Below are positions 1 through 10,617 of a DNA stretch of 64,000 nucleotides, one piece after another (the stretch's first letter is position 1; the number at the start of each line of letters is the position of its first letter). Source of the DNA: an uncultured Anaerolineales bacterium. GTDB taxonomy: Bacteria > Chloroflexota > Anaerolineae > Anaerolineales > JABWBV01. The stretch spans positions 65,320-129,319 of the forward strand of contig CAZAYY010000012.1 in assembly GCA_964489525.1 (NCBI GenBank). The letters run 5' to 3'. A program made the position numbers and the translations under genes. The notes below the pieces were generated by a model. That model saw only the letters and a list, made by a program, of their open reading frames with translations, did no database searches and was not told the DNA's origin.

Positions 1-1
1 T

Positions 2-301
2 TCCAAAAGTGCAGGGCTTTTCGTGGCACTATTTGCCCTCCGAACCCAAAAAGTTCGCCTGCCATCGTTCAACCGCAGCCTTTGGCCTGGCATATTCACC
101 GGTTTGTTTGATGTGGGAGGGAATATTTTTTACATCATCGCGACCACGCTTACCCGCCTGGACATCGCCGCGGTTTTATCGTCTTTTGCCCCGGCCCTGG
201 CGGTGTTCTGGTACCGGGTATTTTTACACGAACACACCAGCCGGATGCAGTGGACAGGGGTGGCAATGTGCATCACTGCCGTAATTATGGTAACCCTTTA
301 A
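2..301 (+). CDS. EamA/DMT-family transporter, C-terminal fragment (5' end outside window)
   Basis: Frame is open from the window edge. Hydrophobic helices with an EamA-like C-terminal repeat (GNIFYIIATTLTRLDIAAVLSSFAPALAVFWYRVFLHE). Stop at 299-301. Confidence 0.6.
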   Translation, partial: SKSAGLFVALFALRTQKVRLPSFNRSLWPGIFTGLFDVGGNIFYIIATTLTRLDIAAVLSSFAPALAVFWYRVFLHEHTSRMQWTGVAMCITAVIMVTL

Positions 302-303
302 TC

Positions 304-1338
304 ATGCAGAACCTGCCGGAAACTTTTCTTATCGAAATGCTGCAAAAGGCCCTCGAAGCCCGGTGGGCTCATCTCGAGCCGCCCTACCAGGGAGGGCTGC
401 GGCTGTTCAACGGGCACACAGAAGGACTGCCAGGGGTGGTCGTCGAATCCTACGCCCAAACCCTGTTAATCCATGCCAGTTCAGGCCCTGAAAACCAAAC
501 CGCCCAATCCCATGCCGCGGTATTGGAGACAATCCAGTCCTTTTACCTGGATCATCTCCCCTGGTTAGAGAGTGTGTTGGTGAAAATTCGCAGCAGTTCA
601 GATGCCGCCCTGCGCCGTGGGCAGGTAGTAAATGGCGGCTCGCCCGCCCGTCAGTTAGAAGAAAATGGGGTAATCTACGCCCTGGACCTGCAAATGAACC
701 AGGATGCCAGCTTTTACCTGGATACGGCTGGTTTGCGCACCTGGTTGAAAGAACATGCTGCTGGCTGGCGAGTGTTAAACACGTTTGCCTATACGGGCAG
801 CCTGGGGGTTGCCGCGCTGGCGGGGGGTGCAAAGTATGTGATGCAAACCGACCGCAGCGCCCGGTTTTTGTCGCTTGCCCGTCGTTCGGCCATGCTCAAC
901 CATCTGGACCTGGGTAAAATGCCTTTACGCACTGCAGATTTTTTCAGCCAGATTGCCGCACTCAAAAAAAGCCGGGCCTTGTTTGACTGTGTGATTCTCG
1001 ACCCCCCTTTCTTTTCCAGCACAGCCAAAGGCCGGGTGGACCAGCAGCTTGAAACCGGCAGGCTGATCAACAAAGTCCGGCCTCTCATCCAGGATGGCGG
1101 CTGGTTGGTGGCCATTAACAACGCTTTATTTCTAAGCGGAGAAAACTACCTCGCTCAGGTACAGGCCTTGTGCGCAGATGGTTACCTGGATATTGCGGAA
1201 ATCATGCCCGTACCGGAGCATATCACCGGGCATTTCAAACCCGGCGACCATCCCAACCCTGGCCTGCCAGCCAACCCGGCCCCTTTCAACCACCCCACAA
1301 AAATTTTGCTTTTGCGTGTGCACCGGAAATCGTCTTAA
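304..1338 (+). CDS. Class I SAM-dependent methyltransferase (RlmI/RlmK-like)
   Basis: ATG at 304 is in frame with track ORF 250..1338; the upstream part overlaps the previous gene. Motifs VLNTFAYTGSLGVAA (SAM-binding loop) and ILDPPFFS (DPPF catalytic motif). Confidence 0.75.
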   Translation: MQNLPETFLIEMLQKALEARWAHLEPPYQGGLRLFNGHTEGLPGVVVESYAQTLLIHASSGPENQTAQSHAAVLETIQSFYLDHLPWLESVLVKIRSSSDAALRRGQVVNGGSPARQLEENGVIYALDLQMNQDASFYLDTAGLRTWLKEHAAGWRVLNTFAYTGSLGVAALAGGAKYVMQTDRSARFLSLARRSAMLNHLDLGKMPLRTADFFSQIAALKKSRALFDCVILDPPFFSSTAKGRVDQQLETGRLINKVRPLIQDGGWLVAINNALFLSGENYLAQVQALCADGYLDIAEIMPVPEHITGHFKPGDHPNPGLPANPAPFNHPTKILLLRVHRKSS

Positions 1339-2708
1339 CCCAGGAACACATCTTCCTGGGGGTAAGTGAGGTGGGTGGTGCGGGTGCTGCGCCCTAAGGT
1401 AGCCAATAAGGTGAGCGGCCCCAACCTTCCCCAAAACATCACCAACATAATCACAAATTGCCCAAACCCATTGAGCTGTCCTGTAAAAGACAGCGTAAGC
1501 CCACAAGTCGCAAAAGCAGAAATCACTTCAAACAAAGCCTGGTCAAGGGTAGCCGGATGGGTCATCAGGATAAGCCAGGTCGCAAGCCCCACAACCCCCA
1601 GGGATACCGTCAAAACCGCTGCCGCCCGCCGCATGGAAAATTCTGCCAGCGACCTATCCATGATAATGATCTGTTTATGATTGCGAATGTAGGAAAAGCT
1701 TCCCAGAATCAAAACTGTAAAAGTACCTGTGGTGATACCCCCACCCATACTGACCGGTGCACAGCCAATGAACATCAGCATCATCATCAGCAATTTACTG
1801 GCCGGAGCCAGGCTCTCGAATGGGGAAAGCCCGGCAAACCCCGCCGTGCGGACAGAAATAGACTGAAAGAAAGCCAGTGCCAGGCCGCGCAAGGTGGGCA
1901 CATCCGCCAACACCCCCCCATTCCTTTCGGTAATAAAAATCCCCATCCCACCCAAAAACACGAGCACCACGACCACAATCAGCGTAAGCCGGGTGTGGAG
2001 TGAGAGCCTGCGTTTAAAATCCCAACTGGACAGGTCAAGAATCAAAGGCAGCCCCAATCCACCCACAAAAATCAAGCCGCCAAAAACCAATAAAGTCGGC
2101 GTGTCCGTTGGAAACCCACCCGGAACGCTGCCAAACAAATCAAAACCAGCATTACAGAAAGCCGAAACGGCGTGAAAAATTGCGTAATACAGGGCTCGCC
2201 CGGTGCCAAGGCGCTCAGCCCAGAGTGCCCAAAGCAGCATCGCACCAATTGCCTCAATGACCAGGGTCACCCGAAGCAGCGCCCATGCCAGGCTGATCAC
2301 CTGCCCGGAATTCATCAAGCCCATCTGGTCAGTCAGGGCTGCCCGGTCAAGATAAGAAATTCGCCGCCCCAAAACACCCAGGATAAACACCACCCCAACC
2401 ATGATGCCAACCCCACCCAGTTGGATGAGCGCAAGCACCACCAACTGACCAAAGATGCTTAAATCCACGCCAGGGGTAATGGTTGAAAGACCGGTAACCG
2501 TCAGGGCACTGACCGAAGTAAAAAACGCCTCACGAAAGGTGAGGGAGGTTTCACCCCCAGATACCGGAAGCCTGAGAAGAAAAGCGCCTAAGAAAATCAG
2601 CGCTCCCAGGCCCCCGATAAACCGCGCCGGGGCAGACAGGCGAAAATCCAACATCTGTAGGCGCATATCCGCCAGGAAAGTTTTCAAAGAACGCTGGCGT
2701 TTTTTCAT
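1335..2708 (-). CDS. TrkH/KtrB-family K+ transporter membrane subunit
   Basis: 457-aa polytopic protein with four pore-loop signatures (SALTVTGLST, FCNAGFD, VRTAGFA, FATCGLT). Lies directly downstream of TrkA with a 3-nt gap. Confidence 0.85.
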   Translation of the reverse strand: MKKRQRSLKTFLADMRLQMLDFRLSAPARFIGGLGALIFLGAFLLRLPVSGGETSLTFREAFFTSVSALTVTGLSTITPGVDLSIFGQLVVLALIQLGGVGIMVGVVFILGVLGRRISYLDRAALTDQMGLMNSGQVISLAWALLRVTLVIEAIGAMLLWALWAERLGTGRALYYAIFHAVSAFCNAGFDLFGSVPGGFPTDTPTLLVFGGLIFVGGLGLPLILDLSSWDFKRRLSLHTRLTLIVVVVLVFLGGMGIFITERNGGVLADVPTLRGLALAFFQSISVRTAGFAGLSPFESLAPASKLLMMMLMFIGCAPVSMGGGITTGTFTVLILGSFSYIRNHKQIIIMDRSLAEFSMRRAAAVLTVSLGVVGLATWLILMTHPATLDQALFEVISAFATCGLTLSFTGQLNGFGQFVIMLVMFWGRLGPLTLLATLGRSTRTTHLTYPQEDVFLG

Positions 2709-2711
2709 GGG

Positions 2712-3383
2712 TTAACGAAAATCGTCTAGTTTTTTCAAGTCGCTGTACGCCCCAATTAACAACAGTGTGTCGCCCTCCTCCAACCGGAAATCGGCGTGTG
2801 GAGAAGCGATTAAGTCTCCATTGCGATAGACAACCAGAATGGTGATTCCTAGCCGGTTTCGCAAATCGATCTCGCGCAAAGTTTTGCCCACCAGCCCGGG
2901 GGGCAGTGAGCGTTCAAGCAGGCCGTGGTGTTCATCCACATACAACCGGGAAAAAACACTGGGGGCAACCAGCTCCTGTGCCAGCCTTTGACCTGCCTCA
3001 ATTTCCGGTAAAATGACCCGATCGGCACCTAACCGCATCAAAATGGCTTTCTGGCGGTCAGTGAGCGCCTTGCAAATGACATTACGCACACCCAGGCTTT
3101 TTAACGCCGAGGTAGTCAGGATGTTGCTCTCAAAATCGGTTCCGATGGCTACAATCACGGTATCAAAATGATGAATTCCGGCCTCTACCAACGCGGCTTC
3201 ATGGGTGGTATCCAACGCCATGGTGGTATACTGGTCATTAGCCAGGGATTGGACCAGTTTGGGATCACGATCCACGCCAAGAACGGTATACCCATTTTGT
3301 GCGAGGGCGCTGGCCAGGCTGGCCCCAAACCGTCCCAGGCCAATCACCACATATTCTTGCTGTTGTTTTTTACTCCGAAACAT
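2712..3383 (-). CDS. TrkA/KtrA K+ uptake regulatory subunit (RCK, NAD-binding)
   Basis: N-terminal Rossmann motif VIGLGRFG. Length and layout fit TrkA-N plus TrkA-C. Operonic with the TrkH-like gene. Confidence 0.85.
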   Translation of the reverse strand: MFRSKKQQQEYVVIGLGRFGASLASALAQNGYTVLGVDRDPKLVQSLANDQYTTMALDTTHEAALVEAGIHHFDTVIVAIGTDFESNILTTSALKSLGVRNVICKALTDRQKAILMRLGADRVILPEIEAGQRLAQELVAPSVFSRLYVDEHHGLLERSLPPGLVGKTLREIDLRNRLGITILVVYRNGDLIASPHADFRLEEGDTLLLIGAYSDLKKLDDFR

Positions 3384-3517
3384 ATTTCACCAATTGGGCA
3401 AATCATGATCAAAATGCAGGATGTTTTTCCAAAACCCGGGTCAGCCGCAAGAATAATTATAGCCCGTTTGGCAGGCATAGAATCAAAATTTTTGAACCTA
3501 TCCGGAAGGAAAACCCA

Positions 3518-4312
3518 ATGGAACCCGTAGATATCCGCGCTCACAACCGCCAGGCCTGGAACCAGAACGTTGAACATGGCAGCATCTATACCCTTCCTGT
3601 AACTCCAGAAGAAATCGCTGCAGCGCGCCAGGGAAATTTCCAAATTTTCCTGACAGACCGGCGGCCTGTACCGCGTGAATGGCTGCCCCAATCCATGGCG
3701 GGTGTGGATGTTTTAGGGCTGGCCTCTGGGGGTGGGCAGCAGGGGCCGCTTCTGGCGGCTGCCGGGGCACGGGTGACCATTTTTGACAATTCACCCGCCC
3801 AACTTGCCCAGGATCAAAAAGTTGCTGCACGTGAGAATCTGGAAATCCGGCTCGTAGAAGGGGACATGCGCGACCTTTCGGCATTTGGAGATGCAAGCTT
3901 CGACCTGGTGATCCACCCCATTTCGAATGTGTTTTGTCCTGAGCCAGAGCCTGTCTGGCGCGAAGCATACCGGGTTTTACGTCCGGACGGCGTTCTGCTT
4001 GCTGGCTTTATGAACCCGGATGTATTCATCTTCGACCTCGACCTGCTGGACACGGCTGGAAAACTCAAAGTACGCCACCCCCTGCCCTATGCAGATATTG
4101 AACACCTCTCACCCGCCAAGCGAAAACGCTACCTGGAACAGAAACTTGCTTTTGAATGGAGCCACTCCATGGAAACCCAAATTGGCGGGCAGCTGGCTGC
4201 AGGGTTTTTGATCAGTGGCTTTTTTGAAGACCGCAACCGTCCTGAACTGCGGGACCCAATTTCCGCCTACCTGCCCAACTACTACGCCACCCGCGCCCTG
4301 AAACCCGGATAA
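3518..4312 (+). CDS. Class I SAM-dependent methyltransferase
   Basis: ATG at 3518 (MEPVDIRAHN...) inside track ORF 3299..4312; the upstream part overlaps the trkA start region. Motif I VLGLASGGGQQG, acidic loop IFDNS, and LRPDGVLL post-motif. Confidence 0.7.
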   Translation: MEPVDIRAHNRQAWNQNVEHGSIYTLPVTPEEIAAARQGNFQIFLTDRRPVPREWLPQSMAGVDVLGLASGGGQQGPLLAAAGARVTIFDNSPAQLAQDQKVAARENLEIRLVEGDMRDLSAFGDASFDLVIHPISNVFCPEPEPVWREAYRVLRPDGVLLAGFMNPDVFIFDLDLLDTAGKLKVRHPLPYADIEHLSPAKRKRYLEQKLAFEWSHSMETQIGGQLAAGFLISGFFEDRNRPELRDPISAYLPNYYATRALKPG

Positions 4313-4393
4313 CCAGCACCATCCACTCACCAACAGGCCGGGCAAGCGAGTTTCAGGCGCTGCCCCCTGGTAGATTTCGGGGAATCACTGCTA

Positions 4394-5125
4394 TCAGGCT
4401 GGCAGCCGCCCGCCGGGCATCCACTGGACAAACTCTTCGCGCCGGGGCGAACTGGTCATCCAACTGGTATCGGGTAGTGGGAAGTTGAAGCACTCGCGCA
4501 CAGAGTAAAGCCGTTCAAACGGGGCTTCCTTCCACAAGCCGCGTTTGCTGAGCCAGCGCACAGCCCCCTGCTTCTCAATTTCATGGGCAAGCAGCAGCGG
4601 CTGGCGGACATCTTCCACAAGGTACTTCACCACAGCCTGGGTCTCTCCTTCTGCCCACAACCTGGGCGCCAGGCTGCCATCCATCTTGTCTAAAATTTGG
4701 CCATTTGAAAGGCGTACCTGCTTGGCCTTACCCGCCAACCCGGCTCCTTTAAGCGCTGCATCTAACGAAAGATAATGCCCCTGGCGAAATGTCACCATAA
4801 CCATCATATCCACATGGTCTGCTGCCAGCCGCGCACATGCTTCCCATTCCCCGGTTTCCTCCGCCAAAACCCGAAAATCAAACTTGCAGCCATTCCAGGT
4901 CAGCAGAGTGTACCCCTGGCTGTGGTACTCTTGCAGCGTGGTCAGCATCTCCAGGCAGTCTGGGCGCGACATACGCGGCACCCCCTGCCAGATTACCGGG
5001 TCTGGTTTTCCATCTAGAGCCACTGCTGCGCAGGTAATGCCAAGCGGCCCTAATTTTTGCCAATCGGTGTTATTGTCGGGTATCAATTGAGCGATTTCCA
5101 GGTCAAATGAAGCAAAATTCCGCAT
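4394..5125 (-). CDS. DnaQ-like (DEDDy) 3'-5' exonuclease-fold protein
   Basis: ExoI-like FDLE, ExoII-like WNGCKFDF and ExoIII-like YLVED (Yx3D) motifs in the correct order. AAGGAG RBS upstream of the ATG. Confidence 0.5.
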   Translation of the reverse strand: MRNFASFDLEIAQLIPDNNTDWQKLGPLGITCAAVALDGKPDPVIWQGVPRMSRPDCLEMLTTLQEYHSQGYTLLTWNGCKFDFRVLAEETGEWEACARLAADHVDMMVMVTFRQGHYLSLDAALKGAGLAGKAKQVRLSNGQILDKMDGSLAPRLWAEGETQAVVKYLVEDVRQPLLLAHEIEKQGAVRWLSKRGLWKEAPFERLYSVRECFNFPLPDTSWMTSSPRREEFVQWMPGGRLPA

Positions 5126-5236
5126 TTTCCCTTCTCCTTGACGCCTTTCGGGTTTCCCAGGGCGTAGGGTTTTTTCTATTATCCTGGTAATTGTAACCGA
5201 AAAAAAATGGCGTCAGGGTGAATGGGTTGTGGGCTT

Positions 5237-5261
5237 TCGTCACGGCTTTAGCCGCGTCCCC
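5237..5261. repeat. 25-nt intergenic repeat, copy 1 (reverse orientation of copy at 10618)
   Basis: tcgtcacggctttagccgcgtcccc is the reverse complement of ggggacgcggctaaagccgYgacga, matching 24/25. Contains the internal hairpin GCGGCT-AA-AGCCG. Confidence 0.6.
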
Positions 5262-5267
5262 CGCCCC

Positions 5268-5313
5268 AAAAAAGATATGGCCACCTGGCGGGCTTTGCCT
5301 GCCAGGTGGCCAT
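5268..5313 (-). terminator. Rho-independent terminator downstream of the META-domain gene
   Basis: Perfect 13-bp stem (5277-5289 atggccacctggc / 5301-5313 gccaggtggccat). On the minus strand it is followed by a T6 run (5268-5273). Confidence 0.75.
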
Positions 5314-5342
5314 AGGGAAGGGCTAAGCAGTCCCAGATAGGG

Positions 5343-6230
5343 CTACTTTGCCTGGAAATCCAACATACCCTCATCCGTCACGATGGTCAATCGCTCCCCA
5401 ATCAAGAGAATGGTTCGGGCGGTCTGCATGGCGCTCATGAAGCGCATTTCCTGGGCGTTGACCGATTCCTCACAAGCCATTTTGGTGGAGCCCAACGGGC
5501 TGACCGTAATCATGCTGCCGTCCACCGAGTAGCTGCCAAAGTAGTTGTTGCATCCGGCGGAACCAGCCAGCTGGCCATTTTCAAAGCGTACCGTCAGCTG
5601 AGTATTGTTCACAGGGCCATCCGCCTGGGTGTTGGTGACAAATGCGAGCAGTTCCCATTCCGTGTTTTCAAAGGGGCTGCCCGAAAGGGGCAGGAGCCGG
5701 GCGAAAGTTGCCTGCCCACCTTCAATCGAAAGGGTCAGGGAATCTCCCTCAATTTGATAACCAGTCACTGCGTTCAGGGCCTGCATCAAAGCGGTTTCCA
5801 CATCCATGGCATTGTTATTCTCGCAAAACATCATTGTGGAAAACAACTGGCTCATTACCAACTGCCCATTGCTGAGCGTATAGTTACCGCCATAAGTGTT
5901 GCACCCGGCATGCCCACCCACGGAATCTGTACCAAAGATGAGCGTGGCATAAACCGTCGCGGCCGGGGCAATGATCTGGCCATCTTTTTGAATGGAAATC
6001 AACAGCCAGGAAGAATCTGCCAACGAACCTGTTGAACCGGGAGCAGGATAGGAAATCTCTTCCTCGGTGGGTGGCACGGGTTGGGGATAACCAGTAACCG
6101 GCTGTTCAGTTTCCGGCATTTCCGGGTTTACCGTCGGTTCAGGGGCTTCCGCAGTAGTGCAGGCGGCCATCAGGCCCATCAGGGCGGCCAGGATCAGAAA
6201 AAGCATGGGTAATTTGGTTTTGAAAATCAT
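5343..6230 (-). CDS. Lipoprotein with two META (HslJ-like) domains
   Basis: Signal peptide plus lipobox (LMAAC). Two repeats of the META signature (GCNTYGGNYTLSNGQL and GCNNYFGSYSVDGSMITVSPLGSTKMAC). Confidence 0.75.
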   Translation of the reverse strand: MIFKTKLPMLFLILAALMGLMAACTTAEAPEPTVNPEMPETEQPVTGYPQPVPPTEEEISYPAPGSTGSLADSSWLLISIQKDGQIIAPAATVYATLIFGTDSVGGHAGCNTYGGNYTLSNGQLVMSQLFSTMMFCENNNAMDVETALMQALNAVTGYQIEGDSLTLSIEGGQATFARLLPLSGSPFENTEWELLAFVTNTQADGPVNNTQLTVRFENGQLAGSAGCNNYFGSYSVDGSMITVSPLGSTKMACEESVNAQEMRFMSAMQTARTILLIGERLTIVTDEGMLDFQAK

Positions 6231-6355
6231 TATTTAAGTCTCCTTTTGATTTTGTTTTTTCTAAATTTTCTTTTACGGGTGTATAACGCCGCTGGTCACA
6301 GAAAAGTTCCCAAAATAAATGTATAATTCCAAAATGGATTTAACCTGAGGACGAT

Positions 6356-7402
6356 ATGCCTGCTCTACTCGAAACCCCTCACCGTCGCTATAACGCCCTG
6401 ACCGGCGAATGGGTGCTGGTATCTCCACACCGCACCCAGCGCCCCTGGTTGGGCCAGGTTGAAAACCGCCCACCCGACCAGCGCCCGGCCTTCGACCCGG
6501 CCTGCTATCTTTGCCCGGGCAACACCCGGGCAGGGGGGGCGGTTAATCCTCAATACACCCAAACCTTTGTGTTTCAAAATGATTTCTCGGCCCTGCTGCC
6601 GGGCATGGCAGAACCTCCTCCTGTTTTATCAGACAATCCGCTGTTGGTTGCGCAACCTGTGCGAGGCGAGTGCCGGGTGATCTGTTTTTCCCCCCGGCAC
6701 GACCTGACCCTCCCCGAAATGTCGCTCGAAGACCTGATCCAGGTAGTTCATGTTTGGGCTGAACAAACTGCAGCATTGGGAGAGCGCTACACCTGGGTGC
6801 AAATTTTTGAAAACAAAGGCGCTGTGATGGGCGCTTCCAACCCCCACCCGCACGGCCAGGTTTGGGCTTTGGACAGCCTGCCCAACGAAGCCCTGAAGGA
6901 AGATGCGGCTCAACAGGCCTATTACCAGAAAACGAAACACCCCCTTCTGTTGGACTACCTGGCAGAAGAGCTGCAAAAAGGCGAACGGGTTGTGGTTGAA
7001 AATGATGAATGGGTTGTGCTGGTGCCTTTTTGGGCGATCTGGCCGTACGAAACCCTGCTGCTGCCGCGCAGCCCCAGGCAAAACCTTGCCCAATTGACTC
7101 CCCCAGAGCGCAAATCTCTGGCAGAGATTTTACAAAATTTACTCACTCGCTACGACAATCTTTTTGAAATTTCCTTTCCCTACTCAATGGGCTGGCACAA
7201 TGCCCCTTTTACCAGGGAAACCAACCCCCACTGGCAGCTTCATGCCCACTTCTACCCCCCCTTGCTGCGCTCAGCAACCATCAAAAAGTTCATGGTGGGT
7301 TTTGAAATGCTAGCAGAAGCCCAACGAGATATGACCCCCGAACAGGCAGCCTCCACGCTGCGAGCGCTGTCTGCAGTTCACTTTACACAGCGGGAAAGAT
7401 AA
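6356..7402 (+). CDS. galT: Galactose-1-phosphate uridylyltransferase
   Basis: N-terminal [16 protein letters not shown], zinc-site CYLCPGN, and active-site HPHGQ (HxHxQ) motif. Immediately followed by galK. Confidence 0.9.
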   Translation: MPALLETPHRRYNALTGEWVLVSPHRTQRPWLGQVENRPPDQRPAFDPACYLCPGNTRAGGAVNPQYTQTFVFQNDFSALLPGMAEPPPVLSDNPLLVAQPVRGECRVICFSPRHDLTLPEMSLEDLIQVVHVWAEQTAALGERYTWVQIFENKGAVMGASNPHPHGQVWALDSLPNEALKEDAAQQAYYQKTKHPLLLDYLAEELQKGERVVVENDEWVVLVPFWAIWPYETLLLPRSPRQNLAQLTPPERKSLAEILQNLLTRYDNLFEISFPYSMGWHNAPFTRETNPHWQLHAHFYPPLLRSATIKKFMVGFEMLAEAQRDMTPEQAASTLRALSAVHFTQRER

Positions 7403-8551
7403 ATGCAAGAAACCAGCGCGCGCGAGAAAGCCATATCCGCTTTTGAAAAAACCTTCGGTGAACCAGCCCGGTTCGTGGTGCGCGCGCCAGGGCGGGTAAA
7501 TTTAATGGGTGACCATACGGATTACAATGAGGGCTTCGTCCTGCCAATGGCCATTGACCGGGCCTTGTATCTCGCACTGCGCCCCCGCCAGGATCGGATG
7601 GTCCGGGTGATTGCCTCAGATTTTCAGACAGAAACCTCATTCAACCTGGATCAGCTGCACCCCGGGAAGGGCTGGCAGGAATATTTGAAAGGAGCGGCCT
7701 TTGTTTTGCAAAACGAAGGCCTGGCCACCCTGGGTTGGGAGGGCGCGTTGGCGAGCGATGTACCCATTGGCGCCGGGCTGTCATCTTCGGCCGCAATCGA
7801 ATTGGCAGTGCTCAAAGCCTTCTCGCGGTTGGCCGGGTGGGGATGGAATGGGCGGGTGATGGCATTATTGGCCCAGAAAATTGAGAATTCCTGGCTTGGG
7901 CTGCGCACCGGCATTATGGATCAGATGATTTCGGCCAACGGAGCCGCCGGGCAGGCCATGCTGTTGGACTGCCGGAGCCTGGAATACACCCTGCACCCCA
8001 TTCCTACCAGCATTGCAGTGGTAGTGATGGATACCCAAACCCGACGGGGATTAGTCCACTCCGCCTACAACGAACGCCGGGCGCAGTGTGACACTGCCGC
8101 ACAAATTTTAGGCGTACCCGCCTTAAGAGATGCCTCCCTGTCACAATTAGAAGGCAGCCAGGCGAAAATGGACGCGGTTCTCTACCGCCGCGCCCGGCAT
8201 GTCATCAGCGAAAACGAACGCACCCTCCTTTCCGCCCAGGCACTGGAAGAAAATCAGCCAGCCCAGGTGGGGCAATGGATGAACCTGAGCCATACCAGCC
8301 TGGCCGAGGATTACGAAGTTTCCAGCCCTGCGCTGAATCAAATGGTAGAAATTGCCCGTGCTCAAACCAGCTGTTTTGGAGCCCGCATGACCGGAGCGGG
8401 GTTTGGGGGTTGTGCGGTTGCCCTGGTGGCAGAAGACCAGGCAATCCCGTTTAAATCCAAGGTGGAAACCCAATTCCAACAAAAAACTGGCCAACCCTGC
8501 GCTGTGTATGTGTGCAGTGCCTCGCAGGGTGTTTCAGTGGAAATGGTTTGA
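7403..8551 (+). CDS. galK: Galactokinase
   Basis: Galactokinase signature GRVNLMGDHTDYNEG and GHMP-kinase motif PIGAGLSSSAA. The ATG directly abuts the galT stop. Confidence 0.9.
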   Translation: MQETSAREKAISAFEKTFGEPARFVVRAPGRVNLMGDHTDYNEGFVLPMAIDRALYLALRPRQDRMVRVIASDFQTETSFNLDQLHPGKGWQEYLKGAAFVLQNEGLATLGWEGALASDVPIGAGLSSSAAIELAVLKAFSRLAGWGWNGRVMALLAQKIENSWLGLRTGIMDQMISANGAAGQAMLLDCRSLEYTLHPIPTSIAVVVMDTQTRRGLVHSAYNERRAQCDTAAQILGVPALRDASLSQLEGSQAKMDAVLYRRARHVISENERTLLSAQALEENQPAQVGQWMNLSHTSLAEDYEVSSPALNQMVEIARAQTSCFGARMTGAGFGGCAVALVAEDQAIPFKSKVETQFQQKTGQPCAVYVCSASQGVSVEMV

Positions 8552-8561
8552 GGAAAAACAA

Positions 8562-10472
8562 ATGACAGATATTGCCTCCCATTTCAACAACCTGCTGCAC
8601 CTGATGGAGTTGGAAGCCCAGGCTGAAGAGGAACAGCTGCGAGCCGCACAACAAAAAGCCCTGGAAGCAGGCCTGGACCCGGAAAAAACCGGCATGGCGC
8701 TGCGCGACCTCGTGGTGGTGGACGAAAGTGTGGGGCTGGCCGGTCGTGTGCTGCTGACATTGCGCAAACGGAATCGCACCCTGGCTTTGCCATATCACCA
8801 GCTTGGACCAGGAACGCCTGTGTTGGTTACCGAAGAAACCGGAAACCGTCAAACCGGCGCCACCTGGCGTGGACTGGTGAGCCAACGCAACCGGGAAACC
8901 ATTCAAGTAGCCCTTGAAATCCTTCCCGAAACCGAAAACGACCGGCCCATCTTCCGCCTGGATGCCTCCGGGGACGATACCGCACGCAGCCGGGCCCGTG
9001 AAGCCTTGCAAAAAGCTGCCCAGGCCCGCAGCCGCCGCCTGGCCGACTTACGCGACGTCCTTTTGGGCATCCAACCGCCAGTCCTGGCCTCCCCAGAAGC
9101 CTTCGAACCGTTTGACCCGACCCTGGATGAATCCCAAATTCGAGCCGTTGGGCTGTGCCTGGCCGCTCCAGATGTGGGCATCATTCACGGCCCGCCGGGC
9201 ACAGGCAAAACAACCACCGTGGTGGAAGTGATCCGCCAGGCTGTGGTTCGCGGTGAAACCGTTCTGGCCTGCGCACCATCCAACCTGGCTGTAGACAACA
9301 TCCTGGAACGTTTACTCGCCGCAGGCATTCATGCCGTACGCCTGGGCCACCCCGCCAGGGTAATGCCCATCCTGCGCGAAAACACGCTTGATGAACTGGT
9401 GCAAAACCATCCAGACTATGCCCTATCCCGAAAATTTCACCGGGAAGCCCAGGCACTGCATGCCCGCGCCGACCGGTTCACCCGGGCCAAACCAGCGCCA
9501 GGCGAAAAACGCCACATGCGTGAAGAAGCTGCCGCCCTGGTGGATGAAGCCCGTCAGCTGGAAAATTCCCTTGTGGAGCGGATTTTAGACCAGGCCCAGG
9601 TGATATGCGCAACACTCACCGGCTTAAGCCGTCAGGTGTTGGGCGAGCGAACTTTTGATTTATGCGTGCTGGATGAAGCCGCCCAATCAACCGAACCCGC
9701 TGCCTGGATCCCGATTTGCCGCAGCCGCAGGTTGGTTCTGGCTGGCGACCACAAGCAGCTGCCGCCGACGGTGCTGTCCATGCAGGCCGCTCAAAGAGGG
9801 TTTGGTGTCAGTCTGATGGAGAGGCTGATGGATAGTCTGCCGCCCAATATTGCCTGCCAACTCAATGTTCAATATCGCATGCACAACGACATTATGCAGT
9901 TTTCATCTGAAATGTTCTACCATCATTCACTGTTAGCCCACCCAAGCGTTGTGGCACACCTGCTGCAAGATTTACCCGGGGTGTCCTCCTCAGAATTGAC
10001 CTCTACCCCGGTTCACTTTGTGGATACTGCCGGTGCCAGTTATGATGAAGAGGAAGAAGAAAACAGTGAAAGCCGCTTAAACCCTATGGAAGCCAGCCTG
10101 GTCGTTCGCAAGGTCCAGGCCTTGATCGATTCTGGGCTGGCTGCAGAGTTCATTGGGGTGATTACGCCGTATTCTGCCCAGGTCCGGCTCTTACGCGAGC
10201 AGCTCCCAGAGGGGGTGGAAATTCACAGTGTGGACGGGTTCCAGGGACGGGAAAAAGAAGCCATCATCATTTCCCTGGTTCGCTCCAACACAGAAGGAGA
10301 AATTGGATTTCTCGGCGATGAGCGCAGAATGAACGTAGCGCTGACTCGCGCCCGGCGCAAGTTGGTGGTGATTGGTGACAGCGCCACGATTGGAGCCCAT
10401 GCGTTTTACCAATCTTTCCTGGCATACATTGAACGGATCAACGCCTATCATTCAGTTTGGGAAGAAAGCTGA
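8562..10472 (+). CDS. Superfamily-1 helicase, Upf1/IGHMBP2-like (AAA_11/AAA_12)
   Basis: ATG at 8562 (MTDIASHF...). Walker A GPPGTGKT, Walker B LDEAAQ, then GDHKQLPPTV, QYRMH, VDGFQGREK and NVALTRARRKL motifs. Confidence 0.8.
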   Translation: MTDIASHFNNLLHLMELEAQAEEEQLRAAQQKALEAGLDPEKTGMALRDLVVVDESVGLAGRVLLTLRKRNRTLALPYHQLGPGTPVLVTEETGNRQTGATWRGLVSQRNRETIQVALEILPETENDRPIFRLDASGDDTARSRAREALQKAAQARSRRLADLRDVLLGIQPPVLASPEAFEPFDPTLDESQIRAVGLCLAAPDVGIIHGPPGTGKTTTVVEVIRQAVVRGETVLACAPSNLAVDNILERLLAAGIHAVRLGHPARVMPILRENTLDELVQNHPDYALSRKFHREAQALHARADRFTRAKPAPGEKRHMREEAAALVDEARQLENSLVERILDQAQVICATLTGLSRQVLGERTFDLCVLDEAAQSTEPAAWIPICRSRRLVLAGDHKQLPPTVLSMQAAQRGFGVSLMERLMDSLPPNIACQLNVQYRMHNDIMQFSSEMFYHHSLLAHPSVVAHLLQDLPGVSSSELTSTPVHFVDTAGASYDEEEEENSESRLNPMEASLVVRKVQALIDSGLAAEFIGVITPYSAQVRLLREQLPEGVEIHSVDGFQGREKEAIIISLVRSNTEGEIGFLGDERRMNVALTRARRKLVVIGDSATIGAHAFYQSFLAYIERINAYHSVWEES

Positions 10473-10617
10473 AATGCAGCGCGCTTAATCCCTTCTATCT
10501 CCCAATATTTCTAACCCCTGCGCTGCAACCCGCCCCAAGAAGAGCCTGGTTGCACCTTCGCAGCCGCGCCAAACACCCCAGGGCGACTTTCCACAATCTT
10601 GCCTTCCCGCTGGGGCA

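Noticed and set aside
9-284. 91-aa plus-strand ORF at the window start
   Set aside because: It is an alternative frame of the EamA transporter fragment. The chosen frame is open to the window edge and is hydrophobic and helical like DMT transporters.
3384-3517. Possible c-di-AMP (ydaO-type) riboswitch upstream of the trkA-trkH operon
   Set aside because: The spacer is only 134 nt and is shared with a divergent gene. I could not find the conserved pseudo-symmetric helices or ACGGGG-type blocks. An Infernal scan would be needed to revisit this.
8403-8561. N-terminal 53-aa extension of the helicase ORF
   Set aside because: It overlaps the galK 3' end in another frame. The ATG at 8562, just after the galK stop, gives a sensible N-terminus.
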